DNA from: Burkholderiaceae bacterium
GTDB lineage: Bacteria; Pseudomonadota; Gammaproteobacteria; Burkholderiales; Burkholderiaceae_E
Length of the DNA stretch: 64,000 nucleotides
NCBI GenBank assembly: GCA_044355655.1
Contig: JBIKXS010000008.1
Location: 23,054 to 87,053, forward strand
Direction of reading: 5' to 3'
In this document: piece by piece, positions 30,780 through 38,461 of the stretch
Layout: each line of letters begins with the position of its first letter
Numbering within the stretch: the stretch's first letter is position 1
Translations under genes and position numbers: made by a program
Notes under the pieces: model-generated
Told to the model about the DNA's origin: nothing
Databases searched by the model: none
The model's input: the letters and a program-made list of their open reading frames with translations, nothing else

Positions 30780-31970
30780 ATGAGTAGAGAAGTGGTCGTA
30801 GTCGAAGGTGCCCGCACTGCGGTCGGGACCTTTGGCGGCAGTTTGAAAGACTTTGCACCCACGAAGCTAGCGGCCAGTGTTGTTCGCGAGGCCGTGAGCC
30901 GTGCCGGTATTGACCCCGCAGAAGTAGGCCACCTGGCCTTCGGTCATGTGGTTAACACCGAGCCCCGCGATATGTATTTATCGAGGGTCGCAGCGATTGA
31001 AGGCGGTCTGAGCAAGGACACGCCCGCAATGAATGTGAACCGCCTTTGCGGTAGCGGTTTACAAGCCATTGTCAGCGCGGCCCAATCCATATTGCTTGGC
31101 GATGCTGATATAGCCATCGGCGGTGGTGCTGAATGTATGAGTCGTGGTCCTTACGTGCTGCCTGCAGAGCGCTGGGGCGCCCGCATGGGCAACGGCTCAA
31201 CCGTTGACATGATGGTTGGTGCGCTCACTGACCCCTTTCAAACCGTTCACATGGGTATCACTGCTGAGAACGTCGCCAAGCAGTGGGGTATTAGCCGCGA
31301 AGATCAGGATGCGCTTGCCGTTGAAAGCCACCAACGGGCAGCTCGAGCGATCGAAGAAGGACGCTTTAAGGCGCAAATCCTTGGCCTTGAAATCAAGTCG
31401 CGCAAAGGACCCGTGGTTTTTGACACCGACGAGCACGTCCGGATGGATGTTAAGCCAGAGGATATGAGCAAGCTAAAGCCAGTGTTCCTCAAGGAAAACG
31501 GCACAGTCACCGCCGGCAATGCTTCGGGCATTAATGATGGTGCGGCCGCTGTTGTCCTGATGGATGCAGCTGCAGCAGCACGTCATGGAAAAAAGGCTAT
31601 GGCAAGACTGGTGAGTTATGCGCATGCTGGCGTTGAACCGCATATCATGGGTATTGGACCGGTTCCTGCATCCAGAAAGGCGCTCGCCAAAGCTGGATTA
31701 CGTGCCGACCAAATGGACGTGGTTGAAGCCAACGAGGCGTTTGCTGCCCAAGCGCTTGCGGTTTGTCGCGATTTGGACCTCGATCCCGCAAAACTCAATC
31801 CAAATGGATCAGGAATTTCGCTGGGACACCCGATTGGTGCAACAGGTGCAATTATCACTATTAAAGCGATTCATGAACTGCAACGGATCGGTGGCCGTTA
31901 TGCACTGGTTACCATGTGTATTGGTGGTGGTCAGGGTATCGCCGCAGTGTTTGAGCGCATCGAGCACTGA
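30780..31970 (+). CDS. acetyl-CoA C-acetyltransferase / thiolase
   Basis: MSREVVVVEGARTAVGTFGGSLKD, the active-site NRLCGSGLQA, and C-terminal GHPIGATG / CIGGGQG. A GAGGAG Shine-Dalgarno sequence precedes the ATG at 30780. The 30552 start in the ORF track is rejected. Confidence 0.93.
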   Translation: MSREVVVVEGARTAVGTFGGSLKDFAPTKLAASVVREAVSRAGIDPAEVGHLAFGHVVNTEPRDMYLSRVAAIEGGLSKDTPAMNVNRLCGSGLQAIVSAAQSILLGDADIAIGGGAECMSRGPYVLPAERWGARMGNGSTVDMMVGALTDPFQTVHMGITAENVAKQWGISREDQDALAVESHQRAARAIEEGRFKAQILGLEIKSRKGPVVFDTDEHVRMDVKPEDMSKLKPVFLKENGTVTAGNASGINDGAAAVVLMDAAAAARHGKKAMARLVSYAHAGVEPHIMGIGPVPASRKALAKAGLRADQMDVVEANEAFAAQALAVCRDLDLDPAKLNPNGSGISLGHPIGATGAIITIKAIHELQRIGGRYALVTMCIGGGQGIAAVFERIEH

Positions 31971-31989
31971 TCACAAGCCAGACGGAAGG

Positions 31990-32074
31990 GGCCCTGTCGC
32001 GAAACCCGGCAAACAGGGCCTTATAACGACCAGAACAGGTATTACCCTGTCGCGAACCAGAATGGCAGGGCCTT
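31990..32074. repeat. two direct copies of a roughly 30-bp palindromic (REP-like) element between convergent genes
   Basis: ccctgtcgcgaaacccggcaaacagggcctt and ccctgtcgcgaaccagaatggcagggcctt. Each can fold (GGCCCTG/CAGGGCC), but neither has a proper T-tract. Confidence 0.6.
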
Positions 32075-32103
32075 GTTGCCAAGCGAGAAGTCAGAATCTC
32101 CAG

Positions 32104-32769
32104 CTAGGCTGACAAGGTCCTAATGCCTTCCTGCCCTGCAATAATGACCAAATCTGCTGGTCTTGCAGCGAAAATACCAACCGTGACCACGCCCGGCCAC
32201 TGATTAATGGTCGACTCGAGCGCTTGGGGTGTGTCAATCCTTAGTCCTGACACATCGATGATCGGGTGACCGTTATCAGTTATAAAACCCTTACGTAGTC
32301 GAACCTCTGCCCCCATCGATTGAAGTTTTCTTGAAATTTGTGAATAAGCCATCGCCAGAATTTCGATAGGAAGCGGAAAAGCGCCAAGCTCTGGCACGCA
32401 TTTCGCCTCATCAACAATACAGACAAAGCGATCGGCAAGATCAACCAGGATTTTCTCGCGCGTTAGTGCGCCCCCTCCGCCTTTGATCAAGCAGCGCTTC
32501 GGATCGACCTCGTCGGCACCGTCGATATAAAGCGGCAAACGATCAATCGCATTTGCATCCAAGAGCCGAATGCCAAGCGCCTTTAAGCGCTTGCTGCTCG
32601 CTTCTGAACTCGAAACAGCCGCGGAAATTCGAATTCCTTGCTCGCCGATCAAGTCAATCAAGTGGTTGACAGTTGATCCCGTTCCCACACCCAGGACCAT
32701 GTCAGGCTTCACATGCTGAAGCGCAGCTTGCGCAGCAGCCCGCTTGAGGGCATCGCTTGAAGATGTCAC
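32104..32769 (-). CDS. rpiA: ribose-5-phosphate isomerase A
   Basis: 221 aa with LGVGTGST, DGADEVD and KGGGGALTREK motifs. Confidence 0.93.
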   Translation of the reverse strand: MTSSSDALKRAAAQAALQHVKPDMVLGVGTGSTVNHLIDLIGEQGIRISAAVSSSEASSKRLKALGIRLLDANAIDRLPLYIDGADEVDPKRCLIKGGGGALTREKILVDLADRFVCIVDEAKCVPELGAFPLPIEILAMAYSQISRKLQSMGAEVRLRKGFITDNGHPIIDVSGLRIDTPQALESTINQWPGVVTVGIFAARPADLVIIAGQEGIRTLSA

Positions 32770-32781
32770 GAGATCGCTCCA

Positions 32782-32827
32782 ATCACAAAAAAGCGCAGCT
32801 ACTGATCACAAAAAAGCGCTGCTAGTG
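32782..32827. repeat. 23-bp tandem repeat, 2 units
   Basis: atcacaaaaaagcgcagctactg / atcacaaaaaagcgctgctagtg. Confidence 0.9.
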
Positions 32828-32846
32828 GTCTGCTTATCATGGCCCG

Positions 32847-32920
32847 CACATGCATTAAGCCAAACAGATGCCACATACGGTCAGCCCAATAGATGCCACA
32901 TGCATTCAGCCAAAAAACGC
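32847..32920. repeat. 25-bp tandem repeat, 3 units
   Basis: cacatgcattaagccaaacagatgc / cacatacggtcagcccaatagatgc / cacatgcattcagccaaaaaacgc. Confidence 0.85.
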
Positions 32921-32937
32921 CAGCTCATCATTCACAA

Positions 32938-33000
32938 AGCCACGGACGCCAACTACTAAGCCACAGACGCCAACTACTAAGCCACGGACGCCAACTCATG
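32938..33000. repeat. 21-bp tandem repeat, 3 units
   Basis: agccacggacgccaactacta / agccacagacgccaactacta / agccacggacgccaactcatg. Confidence 0.9.
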
Positions 33001-33057
33001 CAGTAAACCACAGACCCCAGCTCATTTTAAGCTGTAGCGTATGCGACAATCCGGGCC

Positions 33058-34548
33058 ATGGCCCAAGCGTCAGTAACTACTGAGACCAACAGCGCTCAAC
33101 ATCGCCCCGATACTCAGTTTAGCCCTGGCACTGCGCACGCAGTAGCGTCACACCATGGCTCTGCACTCGCAATAGCCACTTCACACCCTGGCACTGCGCC
33201 CGCAGTAGCCGCCTCACAATTCGTTTACTGGTTGCGTTCGGTTGCTCCGTACATCCACAATTTTCGTCATCGAACCTTTGTGGTTGGTTTTCCTGGCGAA
33301 CTTGTCCAGGCTGGCCGTTTGAACGCCCTGATTCAAGACATTGCCCTGCTGACAGCGCTTGGTATTCGGATTGTGGTTGTTCATGGCTGCCGACCCCAGG
33401 TTGAAGAGCAACTTCGCTTGCGCGGGCTCGAAGGACGTTTCGCGCAGGGCATGCGAATCACCGATTCCCCTGCACTCGAATGCCTCAAGGAAGCATCGGG
33501 CGAGATTCGATTGGACATTGAAGCGGCGTTCTCGCAAGGACTGCCGAACACTCCCATGGCCAACTCAGCGATTCGGGTAATCTCTGGCAACCTGGTCAGT
33601 GCGAGGCCGGTTGGCATCGTTGAAGGGATCGATTTTCAACACACAGGTTTAGTACGCAAAATTGATCGCGCTGCGATTCGTTCTGCACTCGATTACGGCT
33701 CGGTGGTGTTACTGTCACCGCTCGGTTTTTCGCCAACTGGCGAAGCTTTCAACCTCAGCATGGAAGACATCGCGGTAGCCACAGCGATTGCACTTGATGC
33801 CGATAAGCTGATTTTTCTAACCGAACTACCCGGCATGCTCAGCGCAGACGGTGAGATGCTGAGCGAGATTTCCGAAGCTAATGCGCGTGAACTGCTTGCC
33901 TCCAAGGATGCACTGCAGCCAAGTGAAGCAGCGCGTGGCTATCTTCATGCGGCGTTGAGAGCCGCTGAAGGTGGGGTTGAGCGTAGCCACTTGGTACCCT
34001 TCGATACCGACGGTTCCTTGTTGCTCGAACTTTTTTTGCACGATGGCGTTGGCAGTATGGTTGTTGAGGAAACCCTGGAAGCCTTGCGCGAGGCAACCAT
34101 CGATGATGTCGGTGGGATTTTGTCGATCATCCGCCCACTTGAAGATGACGGCACCTTGGTGCGTCGCGACCCTGGTACCGTGGAGCGCGATATCGAGCGC
34201 TTTTCGGTGATTGAACACGATGGTGTGATTTTTGGCTGTGCAGCACTATTTCCCTTCCCTGAATCAGGCATGGGGGAAATGGCCTGCGTTGCGGTGAATC
34301 CCGGCGCACAGGGCCAGGGCGACGGCGAACGCCTGTTGCGACATATTGAACAGCGAGCAAGAGCTGCAGGGTTAAAGCGTATCTTTGTGCTGACAACGCG
34401 TACGATGCATTGGTTTTTAAAGCGAGGCTTTGTGCAGGTGACACCTGATGAGCTACCGCCGCAGCGTCGCGGCCTTTATGATAGGCAGCGCAACTCGCAG
34501 GTCTTGATGAAAGATTTAAGCTCTCCCACGAAGGATATTGCGGTATGA
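33058..34548 (+). CDS. argA: amino-acid N-acetyltransferase (N-acetylglutamate synthase) with a repeat-derived N-terminal extension
   Basis: 496 aa. The conserved part starts at [23 protein letters not shown] (kinase-like domain) and ends with a GNAT domain. No in-frame ATG, GTG or TTG lies between 33058 and the conserved core. Confidence 0.88.
   Translation: MAQASVTTETNSAQHRPDTQFSPGTAHAVASHHGSALAIATSHPGTAPAVAASQFVYWLRSVAPYIHNFRHRTFVVGFPGELVQAGRLNALIQDIALLTALGIRIVVVHGCRPQVEEQLRLRGLEGRFAQGMRITDSPALECLKEASGEIRLDIEAAFSQGLPNTPMANSAIRVISGNLVSARPVGIVEGIDFQHTGLVRKIDRAAIRSALDYGSVVLLSPLGFSPTGEAFNLSMEDIAVATAIALDADKLIFLTELPGMLSADGEMLSEISEANARELLASKDALQPSEAARGYLHAALRAAEGGVERSHLVPFDTDGSLLLELFLHDGVGSMVVEETLEALREATIDDVGGILSIIRPLEDDGTLVRRDPGTVERDIERFSVIEHDGVIFGCAALFPFPESGMGEMACVAVNPGAQGQGDGERLLRHIEQRARAAGLKRIFVLTTRTMHWFLKRGFVQVTPDELPPQRRGLYDRQRNSQVLMKDLSSPTKDIAV
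33123..33218. repeat. tandem repeat of about 32 bp, 3 units, inside the argA 5' end
   Basis: ccctggcactgcgcacgcagtagcgtcacac / catggctctgcactcgcaatagccacttcaca / ccctggcactgcgcccgcagtagccgcctcaca. It encodes [31 protein letters not shown]. Confidence 0.8.
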
Positions 34549-34817
34549 GAACGGTTCGTTGTATCAAATTAAACAAAGACGCCGAGGGTTTGGATTTCCC
34601 CCCCTACCCTGGGGCCCTTGGTCAGCGACTTTATGAATCGGTGAGCAAAGAAGCCTGGCAGGGATGGGTAAAACACCAGACGATGCTCGTGAACGAAAAT
34701 CGCCTTAACCTTGCAGACTTGCGAGCAAGAAAGTATTTGGCACAACAAATGGAAAATTATTTTTTCTCGGACGACGTCGACCAACCAGCAGGCTACGTAC
34801 CGCCAAGCAGCGATTAG
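34545..34817 (+). CDS. Fe(2+)-trafficking / oxidative damage protection protein (YggX family)
   Basis: 90 aa, [50 protein letters not shown]. Confidence 0.9.
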   Translation: MRTVRCIKLNKDAEGLDFPPYPGALGQRLYESVSKEAWQGWVKHQTMLVNENRLNLADLRARKYLAQQMENYFFSDDVDQPAGYVPPSSD

Positions 34818-34837
34818 AGGAAAACATATGGCTTTGT

Positions 34838-35139
34838 TTGGTAGTAAACCCGCCGGAGAGGCTCAGGCAAGCACTGAGCCCGTAACCGCAAGGATTTATC
34901 CTGATCAGAATTGTTGCGCAACCTGCCTATGGTGGGAGGGAAAACGCAGTCTGGTAAAACAATACGAGCAGAAAGATTCGGGGATTAAAGGCAAGCCTAT
35001 TTTCTTTATCCGAATCTTTAAAGATTTGGATGGCGAATGCCTAAATTTCAAATCAAAACAATGCTCCGAACGCTTTATGCCGATTGTGGTGTGCCCTGAT
35101 TTTGAGACTTGGTTTCAGGGCGGAATTCCGAAGGAATAG
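34838..35139 (+). CDS. hypothetical Cys-rich small protein (100 aa)
   Basis: The ATG at 34838 is preceded by AGAGGAAAACAT (a strong Shine-Dalgarno sequence). The product MALFGSKPAGE...CCATCLWWEG...GECLNFKSKQCSE...VVCPDFETW has 7 Cys. The last 65 nt overlap the convergent flhB 3' end. I recognise no family. Confidence 0.45.
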
Positions 35140-36235
35140 CATCGTCGGGCAGGTGAAGTTCGGGCGCTCTGGCTGGCTCGGCTTTCACCTCATAAGCCCA
35201 GGCGATTAGCGCTGCCACAGCGCGATAAAGTGGCTCTGGGATGGCAGCGCCCACTTTGACAGCACCATCAAGCGCTCGAGCTAAAACAGGACTTTCGGTA
35301 ACAGGCACTTGATGCTCTTTGGCCACATCCCTAATCCTTAGCGCAAAGTTGTCGTGGCCCTTGGCAACGACAACAGGGGCAGCCATCTTGTCTGCCTCGT
35401 ACCTAAGGGCAACTGCGATGTGGGTTGGGTTCATCACCACCACATCGGCTTTCTCCACGGCGGCGATCATACGACTGCGCGCCATCTCGCGTTGCTTTTG
35501 ACGGATCCGACCTTTTAACTCTGGATTACCTTCACTTTCTTTAAGTTCATCGCGTAACTCCTGAATCGACATTTTCATGCGCTCTTTAAAGAGCAAAGCG
35601 GTGATAAATCCACCACTCACCCCAAGAATCAAGACAACCGCAATCAACACCAATAAGCCGCCACCAATCAGCCGCAAGGCGTATAGGATCGCGTTGGTAA
35701 GACTCATGCCAGCAAAGGCGCTCACCCCGTCGATCACAGCCCATAGGTAAATGGCAATCGCAGCAAAAATAAGGCTTGCTTTTAACAAAGCCAAGCCCAA
35801 CTGACTTAGGCCCTGTTTTGAGAAGATCCGTTTCAGCCCATTGATAAACGATATCCGTTCAGGATCGATCTTGAAATTGGATAACTTGGGTTGAAAATTG
35901 ACAAGCGCGAAAGGCCCAAGTACTGAGCCAATCCATAAGATCAATAAAACAAGAACGATCCAAATAAGGAGCGTACCGACAGGACCCAAGAGCCACTCAA
36001 TCAAAAATGGTGTGACTCGGGCTGGGTCGCTGAAGGACAAGGCCATTTTCGTCGAGTCAACCAAGGCTTGTAGAAAGCGTCCGCCTGCGACCCAAATCGC
36101 AAGCGCACCAATGCTAACCAGCACCAGCGTAGTAACGTCTGGGCTTTGTGGAAACTGCCCCTCTTCGCGCGCCTTCTCGAGTCGTCGCGGTGTTGGGTCT
36201 AGTGTTTTTTCTTGGCCGCTTTCCTCATTGGCCAC
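35075..36235 (-). CDS. flhB: flagellar type III export switch protein FlhB
   Basis: 386 aa with EKTLDPTPRRLEKAREEGQFPQS, four TM segments and the autocleavage motif NPTH (VVMNPTHIAVAL). Confidence 0.93.
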   Translation of the reverse strand: MANEESGQEKTLDPTPRRLEKAREEGQFPQSPDVTTLVLVSIGALAIWVAGGRFLQALVDSTKMALSFSDPARVTPFLIEWLLGPVGTLLIWIVLVLLILWIGSVLGPFALVNFQPKLSNFKIDPERISFINGLKRIFSKQGLSQLGLALLKASLIFAAIAIYLWAVIDGVSAFAGMSLTNAILYALRLIGGGLLVLIAVVLILGVSGGFITALLFKERMKMSIQELRDELKESEGNPELKGRIRQKQREMARSRMIAAVEKADVVVMNPTHIAVALRYEADKMAAPVVVAKGHDNFALRIRDVAKEHQVPVTESPVLARALDGAVKVGAAIPEPLYRAVAALIAWAYEVKAEPARAPELHLPDDAIPSEFRPETKSQNQGTPQSA

Positions 36236-36302
36236 GCTTTATCTCCTCGACAACCTGATCGATACCGCAATACGCATTCGTTGAGGATAGCTACCGAAAC
36301 AC

Positions 36303-37049
36303 CTAACCCTTGACCGGCGCAGCCTCTTCCTTGAGCAAGCCATCCTTCATACGTTCGGCTTTTGCCACATCCTGCTCCGGAATCAAATCGCGCAAATTGC
36401 GCAAATGGTCCTTCGCGGTAATCACTCCCAGGTCTTCTGCAACCATAAACCAAGCATAGGCGCGCACAAGATCACGCGCTGTTACTCTTCCCGCGCGATA
36501 CATGGTGCCAAGGTTGAAAGCAGCAACCCCTGAACCATTTTTTGCAGCGGTCTTCCACCACTGAGCGGCCATGATCCCGTTGGGTTGCCCGTCAGCGCCG
36601 GCTTCGTAGTGAGCACCGAGCTCAACCTGCGCATCGACGTTTCCGCCCTTCGCAGCGCGGATAAACCAATTCCAAGCTTCTTCCTTGTCTTTAGCAACGC
36701 CAATGCCATTGTTGAACATCATTGCGACTTCGTATTGAGCCTTGAGATGCCCCTCCTTAGCAAGCTTAAAGAGCTTATTGAAGGCCTCCTCATGTCGCCC
36801 AGCCGCATAGGCCGAACGAGCATCGTTATAGTCTGAGCAAGCAACAAGAAAAGAGCAGCAAATCGCGACGAGCATCACGCAGCAGAGCTTGGGTATACGC
36901 GACGAGGCCCAGACGTCAACGACCCAATCCCGGAACAAACTGCTCACCGCAATTTGCAGCGATTTCGCAGAATCTCGAGTTTGCTTAGCCAGATGCCGCG
37001 GTGAATCGGCCTGGACAGTTTCGGTAGCTACCGGCTCGTTGCAGATCAC
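36303..37049 (-). CDS. Sel1-repeat protein, probable lipoprotein (MotX-like candidate)
   Basis: 248 aa maximum ORF with a GTG start overlapping the upstream stop. The hydrophobic segment ends in the lipobox-like FLVAC-S. It is followed by 3-4 Sel1 repeats (LAKEGHLKAQYEVAMMFNNGIGVAKDKEEAWNWFIRAAKGGNVDAQVELGAHYEAG...AAQWWKTAAKNGSGVAAFNLGTMYRAGRV..DLVRAYAWF). The true start may be an internal TTG or ATG near 36875-36940. Confidence 0.7.
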   Translation of the reverse strand: MICNEPVATETVQADSPRHLAKQTRDSAKSLQIAVSSLFRDWVVDVWASSRIPKLCCVMLVAICCSFLVACSDYNDARSAYAAGRHEEAFNKLFKLAKEGHLKAQYEVAMMFNNGIGVAKDKEEAWNWFIRAAKGGNVDAQVELGAHYEAGADGQPNGIMAAQWWKTAAKNGSGVAAFNLGTMYRAGRVTARDLVRAYAWFMVAEDLGVITAKDHLRNLRDLIPEQDVAKAERMKDGLLKEEAAPVKG

Positions 37050-37459
37050 ACGTTGGATGCGACTTTACCAGCCGCTGGCTTTGCCTCTGGCGCTGCAGGC
37101 GCTGAAGGGGATGCAGGCGCACCTGCTGCTTTAGCGGGCGAACCTGGTTTCGCGCCAGAGCCAGGTGTGTCCGAGGCACTGTAATTGGCACCCAAGAGAC
37201 TGCCTACGGTGCGGGTGTAGGAGCCAACCATGCGCCTTGTAAGATCGGGGTAGTGAGGTGCGCTTGGCAAATAACCCCGAACCTGCATGCACCCGGAAGG
37301 ATCCGGACAAACGCGGCAAACAGCTTCGGCTTCGAGACGACCGATCTCGAGTCGTTCACCAATCATGAACACGCCGCCCGCTGCAAAAATCGCAGCGCCA
37401 ATGACCTTGAATACCAACTTTGTCCAGTTGCCAAGGTATTGCATCACTTCCTTGATCAT
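37046..37459 (-). CDS. hypothetical single-pass membrane protein with an Ala/Pro-rich tail
   Basis: 137 aa with the TM helix LVFKVIGAAIFAAGGVFMIG, a CRVCPDPSGC motif and the tail PGSGAKPGSPAKAAGAPASPSAPAAPEAKPAAGK. It is translationally coupled to the downstream gene (GTGA overlap). Confidence 0.55.
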   Translation of the reverse strand: MIKEVMQYLGNWTKLVFKVIGAAIFAAGGVFMIGERLEIGRLEAEAVCRVCPDPSGCMQVRGYLPSAPHYPDLTRRMVGSYTRTVGSLLGANYSASDTPGSGAKPGSPAKAAGAPASPSAPAAPEAKPAAGKVASNV

Positions 37460-37486
37460 GATCGTTTCCTTACCTGTCTATACTCA

Positions 37487-38458
37487 TCAATGCGTTTTAC
37501 TTGAAGGCGATTTCGCCCGATCCTCTGCTGGACCAGGTACATTCCCCCACCCTACCGACTTCTCCAACAAGGCCGCAGTCTCCGAAGGTACACGCCACGG
37601 ATAATTAGGCTCGCGCGTTATTAGTTTTGCATAAAGTTCGACAATATACATGTGGTTCGAGGGCAAGAAACCACGCATCTTCCCGATCACTTGCGCAACC
37701 TCATCCTTGCGCCCTTCCTTCAAAAAACCAAGACCGGCGCATCGATAATATTCGGCAGCGCGCTTGATATCGGCATGCATGCCGTAGCCATGGGCGAGAA
37801 TCTCAGCAATCCGATCGCAGGCATCGGGCGAGCCTTTATCCGCAGGTGCTTGCAAGAACTTCGCGGCAGTGCGGAATTCCTCGGCACCAAAAGCAGTGAT
37901 TAGCATCGCTTCTTTACGAGACCCCAGATCATCCGAATTGAGTTCACCTCTATTCACCTGACGCCTCGCCAGTTCCATCGCAATCGTTCCACGCCAATAC
38001 CCGGCCTCCAAATCCCCTTTTTGTGCTCTTGCAGCAAGCCTATCGAGCAATTCGCGCCGTTGAACCATTAATTGAAGCACTTTTCGATCCGATGACAAAC
38101 ACTTAGGATCAAAAATACAAGCAGTTGCTTTTTCAGCCTGTTCGCTCAAACGCTGATAGGCCAGGGCTAACTCTTTCGAGCTACGAGCGTCGTCGTCTTT
38201 CGCGTCCTTAGCTTCTTTGCCGCCTTTTGAAGAAGCGGCTTTGGCAGTATTGGTTGAGGCTGGAGCCTTACCAGAGGGATCAGGAGTTAAAGCCTTGCCA
38301 GCGGAATCGGCGGTTGAAGCCTTGCCAGCAGGATCGGGGGCTACAGCCGTCGGGCTTGACGATGCAGCGCTATGCGATATGCCACTTAAGCAAAAGGCAA
38401 AACCAAAAACGATCGCCTGGAAAAACCAGGCGTGTAGGTGGCATGGCAAACGCCGCAT
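37487..38458 (-). CDS. secreted Sel1/TPR-like repeat protein
   Basis: 323 aa with the signal-like N-terminus WFFQAIVFGFAFCLSGISHSAA and a 3 x 27-bp repeat region (DPAGKASTADSAGKALTPDPSGKAP). It also has a Sel1-like unit, AAKFLQAPADKGSPDACDRIAEILAHGYGMHADIKRAAEYYRCA. It starts 3 nt after the motB stop. Confidence 0.6.
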   Translation of the reverse strand: MRRLPCHLHAWFFQAIVFGFAFCLSGISHSAASSSPTAVAPDPAGKASTADSAGKALTPDPSGKAPASTNTAKAASSKGGKEAKDAKDDDARSSKELALAYQRLSEQAEKATACIFDPKCLSSDRKVLQLMVQRRELLDRLAARAQKGDLEAGYWRGTIAMELARRQVNRGELNSDDLGSRKEAMLITAFGAEEFRTAAKFLQAPADKGSPDACDRIAEILAHGYGMHADIKRAAEYYRCAGLGFLKEGRKDEVAQVIGKMRGFLPSNHMYIVELYAKLITREPNYPWRVPSETAALLEKSVGWGNVPGPAEDRAKSPSSKTH

Positions 38459-38461
38459 CTG

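Noticed and set aside
31990-32074. Bidirectional intrinsic terminators between thiolase and rpiA
   Set aside because: The stems are present but the loops are 15-17 nt, and no U-tract follows on either strand. The pair is better described as REP-like palindromic repeats.
32782-33000. Possible CRISPR array in the rpiA-argA spacer
   Set aside because: The units are directly adjacent with no unique spacers. Three different unit families of 21-25 bp are involved, each with only 2-3 copies. No cas genes or leader are nearby. These are plain tandem repeats.
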